DNA from: a virus
Taxonomy: Duplodnaviria > Heunggongvirae > Uroviricota > Caudoviricetes
DNA: 11,202 nucleotides
Strand: one strand, 5' to 3'
Virus record (IMG/VR): IMGVR_UViG_3300002026_000057
The notes under the pieces are model-generated. The model did not search any database, had not been told where the DNA came from, and worked only from the letters and a program-made list of their open reading frames with translations. Positions 1 to 7,223 of the stretch are shown piece after piece; positions within the stretch are counted from its first letter, which is position 1, and the number at the start of each line of letters is the position of its first letter. The position numbers were made by a program, and so were the translations under genes.

Positions 1-1932
1 TTCAACTTTTGGAACAATAGCTTTTCCATTTATCATCAATGGAACTTTTATTATTTCTGTCGGATTGATGTTAAAAGGAATTCTCTTAATCCTTTCATCT
101 AATATTTCTAGTGCCTTTTTGTAATAATCGGGAGGGTTTTCATTAGTAAAATATCTAGCCTGTTTACATCTTCTACCGTGAGTAGAAGTTGAATATTCAC
201 ATGTTACCCTATCAACTGTCCCACATCTTAATGAAACTATCATAGAATCAGGGTTTCCAATATATCCCGCAACACAATGGTGCATATATCCACCTTCATC
301 CGAATATTCTTCACTTGTTTTTAGTAATTTAGGATAAAAAATATATTTTGTAAATGAAGGGACAAAATTCATATACATTCTTTCATATTCTCTTTGATCC
401 TTCAGGTCTGGAAGATATGCTAATGGACGTTCGTTGGCAACAACAAACTCAATAGGTTCTTCAATTTCATCAATCACTTGTTTTTCATATAAAAGGTGTG
501 TGGAATATCCTTTCTTAACACTTCTTTGTAGTACTGAAAGTCTAGTATGTTCGGTCATAAAATTATCCTTTGTTTTTACAGATAATGATAAATCGGGATA
601 ATACTGACGTAATTCTTCAATCATATTAAAATGATCATAAAACTGTTCAATAATACCGAAGACGGGTGAAGTTTGTGCTGTACTGTCATTTATAATATGA
701 ACTAAATTTTCTATTTCAGTCTTAGACAAATCACGATTTTTGTAGTTCTTAGCCTCTATCAATAAACGTCGAAATCCTGAACCTGGTTCATCAAAAGGCG
801 ATGCAGTTATTCTTTTGAAGAACACATCATTAATACTACCAATATGTTTTGAGAAATTATCACCCAATAATAAACACAGCAACATTAATTGTCTTAAATC
901 CGTATTTGGATGGTTATGTAATATTTTTACAGTAACCTTAGACAATATTCCAACCCTATCAAGAATGGCTGCAACTAATTTCCTATCATTCTTTTTTAAA
1001 TACCTTTCGGAAGGATAATAAGATCTCATTAACTTCAACCCATCGTTTGGAAGTTTAATTCCTTTTAACTCAGCAAATTTAACCATCCAATAGGTTATAA
1101 AATCTTTAACATAACTATCATAGCCCATATTATTAATCATTAAAGTATCAGAGATGGCGTCTTTAAATTGCCGATCATCAAATATTTCAATGAAATCTTT
1201 ATAATATTTCGACCCATTAGTTAATGAAAATGTACCCGCTTTCAAAATTGAAAGGAGTGCGTGTTCTAAAGATCCAAAAGAGTTTGAAAAAAATGATTTA
1301 TTCTTCCTGCGTGATTCGAATATTACAACCAAGAAATTTCCCTTTACCATATCAATTTTTATCGTGGTACTAGTGGAAGTCTTCCGAAAATATTTTGAAT
1401 TTACATTCCGGGTTTTTGAAATATTGTATTGTTTTATTGTAACTATATTGGCTTCCCGTTTTATCCATCGTTCAGTTTTAAAAATTTCAATTGAGGAAAA
1501 TGGATTATTATAATGCCTTTTAATTTGTTTGTCCTTTATTGTTTCGAAATTATCAAATTTAGAATTCGTGGTTATTTTTTTTGCTGACACTAATTTAATA
1601 ACTTCGCGTTCAATTTCAGGTTGTCCTTTTATTCCATAATGTATCGATTTACTGTTCGGAGTAGTTGTGTAAAAAAAATGTCTACTATTCTTACGAAAAA
1701 GATTAAGTGTCTTAATATTGGGGGTTGAATCGTTATTAATAACCGCAGATACAACAAACTGTTCTGGTTTTACAAGTAGTGTTTTTGGTAAAGTTCTATC
1801 ATCAAACGGGTCTACGTGATCTAGTTCCAAATCGTCACTATCGAATATTATACTTTTCTTGCCTAAATTCGAATAATTTTTGAACGGATAAATCCGTGCA
1901 TAACTAAACTCCTGTTTATACTCACTATTCAT
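1..1932 (-). CDS. Large PcfJ-like domain protein (at least 644 aa; 3' end runs off the window)
   Basis: Manual translation from ATG at 1932 (MNSEYKQEFSYARIYPF...) stays open to position 1, and the Dam TAA at 1948-1950 is the in-frame upstream stop. C-terminal PKLLKTSEEYSDEGGYMHHCVAGY (motif at 262-297) followed by SLR...RVTCEY...CKQARYFTNENP matches the PcfJ signature EG-x2-M-x-HCV-x2-Y. Absent from the ORF track because no stop lies in the window. Confidence 0.85.
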   Translation of the reverse strand, partial: MNSEYKQEFSYARIYPFKNYSNLGKKSIIFDSDDLELDHVDPFDDRTLPKTLLVKPEQFVVSAVINNDSTPNIKTLNLFRKNSRHFFYTTTPNSKSIHYGIKGQPEIEREVIKLVSAKKITTNSKFDNFETIKDKQIKRHYNNPFSSIEIFKTERWIKREANIVTIKQYNISKTRNVNSKYFRKTSTSTTIKIDMVKGNFLVVIFESRRKNKSFFSNSFGSLEHALLSILKAGTFSLTNGSKYYKDFIEIFDDRQFKDAISDTLMINNMGYDSYVKDFITYWMVKFAELKGIKLPNDGLKLMRSYYPSERYLKKNDRKLVAAILDRVGILSKVTVKILHNHPNTDLRQLMLLCLLLGDNFSKHIGSINDVFFKRITASPFDEPGSGFRRLLIEAKNYKNRDLSKTEIENLVHIINDSTAQTSPVFGIIEQFYDHFNMIEELRQYYPDLSLSVKTKDNFMTEHTRLSVLQRSVKKGYSTHLLYEKQVIDEIEEPIEFVVANERPLAYLPDLKDQREYERMYMNFVPSFTKYIFYPKLLKTSEEYSDEGGYMHHCVAGYIGNPDSMIVSLRCGTVDRVTCEYSTSTHGRRCKQARYFTNENPPDYYKKALEILDERIKRIPFNINPTEIIKVPLMINGKAIVPKVE

Positions 1933-1947
1933 TTTAAATGATTTTAA

Positions 1948-2748
1948 TTAAACAACATAGTTGTAATATAAAAATTCTGTTTTTGTTTTTGGTTTAAAAT
2001 TTCCGTCTATGGTCTTTACTTCAAAACTAACCCTCTTAAATCCATTATCCATCAACTTGTCATAAAGGTCACAATGATATCCACTAATAAGAATCTTTGC
2101 CTCACTCTTAATGACAGTGTCTATGAACTCAATATGTCCCTGTCTGTCCATATCAACCTTATATCGGGTACTGGTTCGTGTGGATTGTTCATATGGAGGA
2201 TCAGCATAGATAAAAACATTTTTCCTGTTATATTTTTCGATTAATTTTGTCCCATCCATATTGGTTACAATAACTTTGGAAAGTCTATCATGTAGTTCTG
2301 ACAACCTATCAATAGAAGACAAAAAATCGGAAATCGATTTACTCATTCCTCTTCTGATGTATGTATTCTTTGAGAAGCCTCCAACCCCATTATGAGATGT
2401 ACGATTCACATAAAAAAAACAAAAAGCCCGCTCGTCTATTGGTAAGTCGTTACGTTTTAGTTTTTCCTTGAGTTCTGATCGAATGTCTTCTGAATAAAAG
2501 GCAAGATCACATCTTTCTTTAAATACTTTAAACATATCCGGGTCAGATAACACCTTATATAAAGAATATACATTTTGATCCATATCATTGTATATCTCAA
2601 TAGGAACGGGATCTTTCTTTAATCCAATGCTGTATGAACCCCCAAATGGTTCTATGTATGTGTCATATTCTTCCCTGTTTGGGAAATATTCAATTATATT
2701 GTTGAACATTGTTCCTTTTCCTCCAAAATACTTAATGGGTGAATTCAT
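1948..2748 (-). CDS. dam: Dam/D12-class N6-adenine DNA methyltransferase (orphan; target unknown)
   Basis: N-terminal SPIKYFGGK (motif X), YIEPFGGS (SAM-binding motif I), EIYNDMD (motif II) and IYADPPY (catalytic motif IV) in alpha-class order. The start overlaps the upstream stop (TAATG at 2746-2750). Symbol denotes family only; GATC specificity is not established. Confidence 0.92.
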   Translation of the reverse strand: MNSPIKYFGGKGTMFNNIIEYFPNREEYDTYIEPFGGSYSIGLKKDPVPIEIYNDMDQNVYSLYKVLSDPDMFKVFKERCDLAFYSEDIRSELKEKLKRNDLPIDERAFCFFYVNRTSHNGVGGFSKNTYIRRGMSKSISDFLSSIDRLSELHDRLSKVIVTNMDGTKLIEKYNRKNVFIYADPPYEQSTRTSTRYKVDMDRQGHIEFIDTVIKSEAKILISGYHCDLYDKLMDNGFKRVSFEVKTIDGNFKPKTKTEFLYYNYVV

Positions 2749-3935
2749 TAAATTAAATTATTTTCAATCATTTTATCAATTACCATTTTAGGTGATATCT
2801 TTCTAGTACATTCAAAATTTTTATTAGTGGGGCAAAAATCTTTATGATGACAACATAAATTATCTGCATGTTCTTCAGAGTTATAGCACCCGCCACAAAC
2901 ATTCTCATTTTTGATTCTTATATTATCTTCTTGGAATTCATTCGACACAACGGTAAATCCAGAAATCATAACTGTTTTTTTACCAAGAGCCCAATTTAAC
3001 CAAGATAATCCTGAGCTAACACCAATGAAAAATTCAGCATGTTTCATATATTGCATCCTATCAATTAATGTGTAGTCACCGTTTCTTTTAATAATACCAT
3101 TTAATTCTGATTTTTCCTTAGAAATTGATATAATTTCATATCCCCTACTTTTTAATTCACTTATAAGATTCTTCCATCCCACTTGATTGTTCCACAATTT
3201 CATTGTTGGCCCTGAAGCGAATTCTGAAATACAAATATATTTCCCCATTATTGGACGATCTAAATTTATCTCAAAATGTGGCCTTATTTCTTTATATTCC
3301 AACCCCAGTACATTAGACACCTGTTTTTGTATTGGTATCAATAAAGGATGTTCGGGATTATTATCCACATCAAAAAATGTTAGTCCCTTAATATATTTTA
3401 CGGGTACTTTATTATATATGTTATTGTGGGAGTTATTAATTTTATCAATTCCTTTATCAAATGTATCCATATCTATTCCAATGGACACACTATAATGTGC
3501 GTATTGTACACCATATTCATTTAGTGGTAATCCAATATTCATCCATTTAATATTAGGATAATAATCTTTAAGAAACCACCAAAAATTAGTTGCAACCGTT
3601 AAATTACAATTATGTTTTTTTCTAAATTCTTCAAAATATGGAGCGTGGGCTATATTATCCCCCAAAGCCCTACTCGTTGAAGCTATTAGAACATTTTTCC
3701 CTCGACAATCAAATGTTTCAGTAAATACCTCAATCCCATTATGGAGAACAACAATCTTCCATTCCGTAAAATATTTCCTATTTGATCTTGTCCAATGATT
3801 ACAAGTAATTTCAGATTGATGAATTAATGTATTAGTTTTATTATCAAAAAATTGAACCAAATATACGTTATTATCTTCTCCAAGAATTTCAAGAGATGCA
3901 CCATAATTAAAATCTGAAATAAATTTAGTTTCCAT
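2748..3935 (-). CDS. Autotransporter strand-loop-strand O-heptosyltransferase (Aah/TibC, BAHT family) homologue, divergent paralogue 1
   Basis: SRALGDNIAHAPYFEEFRKKHNC (catalytic Asp loop), KLWNNQVGW, FIGVSSGLSWLNWALG, VMISGFT and C-terminal Cys cluster VCGGCYN...FCP...FECTRKISP. The N-terminal beta-rich segment aligns by eye with paralogue 2 (NHWTRSNRKYFTEWKI vs NHWTRANKKYYIDWKI). Confidence 0.88.
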   Translation of the reverse strand: METKFISDFNYGASLEILGEDNNVYLVQFFDNKTNTLIHQSEITCNHWTRSNRKYFTEWKIVVLHNGIEVFTETFDCRGKNVLIASTSRALGDNIAHAPYFEEFRKKHNCNLTVATNFWWFLKDYYPNIKWMNIGLPLNEYGVQYAHYSVSIGIDMDTFDKGIDKINNSHNNIYNKVPVKYIKGLTFFDVDNNPEHPLLIPIQKQVSNVLGLEYKEIRPHFEINLDRPIMGKYICISEFASGPTMKLWNNQVGWKNLISELKSRGYEIISISKEKSELNGIIKRNGDYTLIDRMQYMKHAEFFIGVSSGLSWLNWALGKKTVMISGFTVVSNEFQEDNIRIKNENVCGGCYNSEEHADNLCCHHKDFCPTNKNFECTRKISPKMVIDKMIENNLI

Positions 3936-3939
3936 CTAT

Positions 3940-3971
3940 AAAATATAATTAAAATAATCTATATTACCAAA
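3940..3971 (-). promoter_or_regulatory. Near-consensus Bacteroidota sigma-A promoter for the heptosyltransferase-dam-PcfJ unit
   Basis: Minus strand TTTG (3968-3971), 20-nt spacer, TATATTTT (3940-3947; consensus TAnnTTTG with the last base mismatched), ending 4 nt before the ATG at 3935. Confidence 0.45.
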
Positions 3972-3978
3972 TATTTAT
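3970..3978 (+). promoter_or_regulatory. AATAYTTAY motif, copy 1 (candidate phage promoter) upstream of DUF192
   Basis: AATATTTAT, 4 nt before the ATG at 3983; part of the 12-mer CCAAATATTTAT (3967-3978), which recurs exactly at 9265-9276. Confidence 0.5.
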
Positions 3979-3982
3979 AACC

Positions 3983-4357
3983 ATGAGTGTACACATAAAC
4001 GGAAAAACTTTTAACGCTGAATACCTTAAACCCGACCAATTTTCAAAGGGTATGCAAGGTCGAAATAACCTTGATGGTTGTATGGTATTTAAAATGGGAA
4101 AAGGTCACCATTCATTTTGGATGAAAGGTTGCATAATTCCATTAGATATCATTTTTGTATTAAACAAACGAATCAGTATGATTCATCATAATTGTCCAAT
4201 TGAAGACCCTCATCGGATGAATCCGCCTCGTTATACTGGATTAGGGGATCATGTCCTCGAATTCCCTGGCGGAACGTGTAAAGATTGGAAAGTGGGGGAC
4301 AGAGTTAATATGTATCTCGGAGCCCCACAAAATCCTATTAGTCCGAGAGTAGTGTAG
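3983..4357 (+). CDS. DUF192 (COG1430) family protein
   Basis: KGMQGR...GCMVF...HSFWMKGCIIPLDIIFV...YVLE-like HVLEFPGG...KVGDRV matches the DUF192 pattern GLM-x-R...GMLF...FWMKN-x2-IPLDI-x-F. The 3' end overlaps the convergent gene by 20 nt (4338-4357). Confidence 0.9.
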   Translation: MSVHINGKTFNAEYLKPDQFSKGMQGRNNLDGCMVFKMGKGHHSFWMKGCIIPLDIIFVLNKRISMIHHNCPIEDPHRMNPPRYTGLGDHVLEFPGGTCKDWKVGDRVNMYLGAPQNPISPRVV

Positions 4358-4769
4358 ACAGTTTTTCGAGCTCTATATTAGTTCTCTTGTCTTCACTCAT
4401 CAAACTATTTAATTTCTTTTCAACTTCCCTCAATTCATTAACCTGACGTTGTGCCTGATTTTGTTTAATCTTTAATACAATATCATCCCTCCAATCTTCC
4501 AAAGTGAATCCGTGCCATGCGTTGTTAAAAACAACATCATATTTTTCAGCAACACTTTGAGATTTTTCAATTCTTGTTTCTAGATCCACTAGAATACTGA
4601 ACAAGAGTTCCGGGGTTGCAACGTTCAAATTTATCCTTGTTTGTGTACCATCTATCGGTAAGGATAAATTGGTTTTAAATGAAGGGTTTTTTATCTTTGA
4701 GATTTGAGCCTTCTTTTCTTCAACTTTCGTTAAAAGTTGTAACACTAAGTTGTCATTTTTCTTTGCCAT
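4338..4769 (-). CDS. Hypothetical 143-aa protein, coiled-coil at both ends
   Basis: Open frame coupled to the upstream gene by TAATG (4767-4771). Heptad-like VNELREVEKKLNSLMSEDKRTNIELEKL and a central GFTLEDWRDDI segment. Confidence 0.8.
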   Translation of the reverse strand: MAKKNDNLVLQLLTKVEEKKAQISKIKNPSFKTNLSLPIDGTQTRINLNVATPELLFSILVDLETRIEKSQSVAEKYDVVFNNAWHGFTLEDWRDDIVLKIKQNQAQRQVNELREVEKKLNSLMSEDKRTNIELEKLSTLLSD

Positions 4770-5920
4770 TATACTATTTTTTTAAATCCATTTTTATATA
4801 CTCTTACTAACATTCCATAATTCTGCATTAATTCTTCTTTGGAGAAAGTTCCTTCGGAAGTAGTATTATTTCTTGTGTGCCAAGAATATACCGAATTAGT
4901 ATCCCGATAAATTTCATATTCTTCGAAAGGCGCGTTGGTTCTTTTTATATTTTTCCTTGAGTTCACAAAATCCTCAAGAGTTCTTATATTCCCAAACCTA
5001 TAAACATAGGTACTATAATACAAACCCCTTTCGAAATGTTCTTTCAACCATTTTTCACTAAAAGGCTCAACCACCAAATGATCCGCCAAAGAAGCATAAA
5101 TGGAATTCAAGAATGTATCAACATAATCAGGAAACTTAGGATTTGGCGATTCGGAAATACATTTCTTTATCAAATTCATTGAAGAAACAAATTCATATCT
5201 TAATCCTTCTTCCTCAGTATCATGTGTAACAAAAACATGCTTCTTTTGGGGAGTAACAACGTAGTTTCTATCTTTTTCTATTTTTGTAACATTATTGTAT
5301 GTGTCTTCATATACATTGTATCGACCTATATAAACCCATTCTTGCATTCTGCCAGTAAGATAGGTATATCCCTCTTTCAGATCTCTTGCACTGAATTTTA
5401 CTGACTGCAAATCTGTGAATTCTTTACACATTTTATAATCGGGGGAAGATACAGGTAATAACACCAAATCCTTACCATCCCAAGAATAAACAAATTCACC
5501 CTCTAGTCCTTTACCCTTATAAGAACTACATTCTTGAAGGATATAAAGAAGATTTGGAATTGTAATTTCAAACTCCCATCCCCTTGGGTCATAAACCCTG
5601 GAATAGGTTTGACGATGATTCCAACCACTACTGTAACCTCCGGCTTTTTTGTTTAAGACAAACCCTTCGGTTGGAACATTATCAAATTCAATTGGTTTAA
5701 CACTATCATCGTGAATACCCTCTTCACGTACTCCGGATTCAGAATTCCACGTAGCATAAGGACTACCTTCTTTATGCCTCCAACTCTCCCAAGACCCCTC
5801 TTTCCTCCAAACTTTACCATCGTGATAAATGATATAACCTAACTTACCTGTGTAAGTGTCACCGCGTTTCTGTAACCCGACTTTACATTTTTCGGGAATA
5901 AATAATTGTGTTTTTGACAT
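4769..5920 (-). CDS. Hypothetical 383-aa phage-type protein with a Trp/Gly/Tyr/Arg-rich N-terminal domain
   Basis: Long open frame with TAATG overlaps at both ends. The N-terminal segment (RKEGSWESWR, GFVLNKKAGG, WNHRQ, RVYDPRGWEFEIT..NLL.IL, GEFVYSWDGKDLVLLP) looks like a conserved domain; no function recognised. Confidence 0.85.
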   Translation of the reverse strand: MSKTQLFIPEKCKVGLQKRGDTYTGKLGYIIYHDGKVWRKEGSWESWRHKEGSPYATWNSESGVREEGIHDDSVKPIEFDNVPTEGFVLNKKAGGYSSGWNHRQTYSRVYDPRGWEFEITIPNLLYILQECSSYKGKGLEGEFVYSWDGKDLVLLPVSSPDYKMCKEFTDLQSVKFSARDLKEGYTYLTGRMQEWVYIGRYNVYEDTYNNVTKIEKDRNYVVTPQKKHVFVTHDTEEEGLRYEFVSSMNLIKKCISESPNPKFPDYVDTFLNSIYASLADHLVVEPFSEKWLKEHFERGLYYSTYVYRFGNIRTLEDFVNSRKNIKRTNAPFEEYEIYRDTNSVYSWHTRNNTTSEGTFSKEELMQNYGMLVRVYKNGFKKIV

Positions 5921-7062
5921 TATAATTTTACTTTAGAATTAGACATTACTCCCTGAACAATAAGTTCAACGAAATCGATTGAATCGGGGGAATATGAATT
6001 ATATATTTTTTTGAATTTTGTATTCAATTTCTCATATTCAAACCGGAAATTTTTTCTTTGATCAAGGCAGGTTACCACAAGATTTTTGGGTAAACCATCG
6101 GAATATATATTATCGAGTTCGAATGAATGGTTAAGCAAGTCATAATCAATTTCACTAACCTTGAAATTCTTTTGCCATTCGTTGAACTTATTAATTTCAT
6201 CTTCAGTGTTAATGAGTTCAATTTTATCTTCGTTACTCATCCACCCAGCCCCATGTCTTGTTTGATAACAACGTGTGATATAGAATACTTCAATATCATC
6301 TATTCCAAGATTTCTGGCAATTGTAATAGCGTTTTTTGATGTGGTGTTGGAATATGTGACATTAGGAAATATTCCATGATCCATATCCAATAAAATACCC
6401 TGAGAACCTTCGAAAACTATGTTCTCATATTGTTTTAAGAAACTGTAAGGTTTAACATTGAATTCAATCTTTTCAACGTACTTCCAGAAGTATGTTGATT
6501 CCTCATCATAGATTTCTTTTAATTTCTTTAATTTCGGATAATCGTCTCCGATTAAATCCACATAATACTTGTATACCGAATTAACCTTTTCTTTAAGTGA
6601 AGGTAAATGTAATAGATCAACGCCATATACTTTATAAGGAGTTTCGATATTTCTTTTCATTGTTGCTCCCACACCAAGGCCACACGACCCATGATTAGTG
6701 ATTGGGGCAATTAATCGGTTGTATGCAACATCGGCAGGCGTCGTTACATTAACCAATGGATGGATATAAAATTCAATTTGACCGATTTTTTCGTACAACT
6801 CATATGCTTCTCGATACATCGTAACAGGATATATACTGCAATAATGAGATAAATAGGAGGGCACACCTCTCAGTGTGCCACTCCCAAAACTTGAATGAAT
6901 ATGACTAACGCCATTGATTTTAACATTATGACCAGCCTGTTGACCACCAGAAAATCTGACGACAATAGTTGATTTTGGATTTTTACTACAAAGGAAATCG
7001 GTTGTTATACCTTTTCCTTCATCACCCCAAATTGATCCGATTACAATCTTAGCGTTATTCAT
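5920..7062 (-). CDS. purA: Divergent adenylosuccinate synthetase (PurA)-like GTP-dependent ligase
   Basis: P-loop WGDEGKG, RFSGGQQAGH, HGSCGLGVG, FEGSQGILLDMDHG.FP.VT.SNTT, YQTRHGAG and VTCLD all align to PurA motifs. The aspartate-binding loop (EFGATTGRxRR in E. coli) is replaced by EINKFNEWQKNFK. Family is certain, canonical activity doubtful. Confidence 0.9.
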   Translation of the reverse strand: MNNAKIVIGSIWGDEGKGITTDFLCSKNPKSTIVVRFSGGQQAGHNVKINGVSHIHSSFGSGTLRGVPSYLSHYCSIYPVTMYREAYELYEKIGQIEFYIHPLVNVTTPADVAYNRLIAPITNHGSCGLGVGATMKRNIETPYKVYGVDLLHLPSLKEKVNSVYKYYVDLIGDDYPKLKKLKEIYDEESTYFWKYVEKIEFNVKPYSFLKQYENIVFEGSQGILLDMDHGIFPNVTYSNTTSKNAITIARNLGIDDIEVFYITRCYQTRHGAGWMSNEDKIELINTEDEINKFNEWQKNFKVSEIDYDLLNHSFELDNIYSDGLPKNLVVTCLDQRKNFRFEYEKLNTKFKKIYNSYSPDSIDFVELIVQGVMSNSKVKL

Positions 7063-7068
7063 AGTTTC

Positions 7069-7221
7069 TTATTCAGCAGGTTCGTTTTCCTGTGGTTCAG
7101 TCGTTACAACATCTTCAGTAGTTTCATTAACTACTTCAGTTGTTTCTTTAACCACTTCTTTTGCGTCGTCGGCAGCCATTTCCTCGAAAGACTGCGGATT
7201 GTTTCTGTTAACAGTTCCCAT
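7069..7221 (-). CDS. Small acidic protein, 50 aa (MGTVNRNNPQSFEEMAADDAKEVVKETTEVVNETTEDVVTTEPQENEPAE)
   Basis: Fills the gap between vWA and the PurA-like gene: ATG 2 nt after the vWA stop, TAA 6 nt before the PurA-like ATG. 14 D/E vs 3 K/R. Below the ORF-track length cutoff. Confidence 0.7.
   Translation of the reverse strand: MGTVNRNNPQSFEEMAADDAKEVVKETTEVVNETTEDVVTTEPQENEPAE
7099..7158 (-). repeat. In-frame 21-bp tandem repeat (EVVKETT / EVVNETT / degenerate EDVVTT)
   Basis: Units 7138-7158 and 7117-7137 are 18/21 identical; a degenerate third unit lies at 7099-7116. Confidence 0.75.
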
Positions 7222-7223
7222 AG

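Noticed and set aside
3972-3979. T4-type late promoter TATAAATA on the minus strand
   Set aside because: An exact match exists, but the other two copies read AATAAATA and GTAAGTAT on that strand, and the fixed 4-nt spacing to plus-strand starts favours the plus orientation. Not fully excluded.
5920-7062. PurZ / 2-aminoadenine (Z-genome) pathway
   Set aside because: The P-loop is GDEGKG with Asp, not the GS-x-x-KG Ser of PurZ/PurZ0. PurZ retains the Thr/Arg aspartate loop that is lost here. No dATPase, MazZ or DpoZ gene is in the window, and an m6A methylase suggests adenine is kept.
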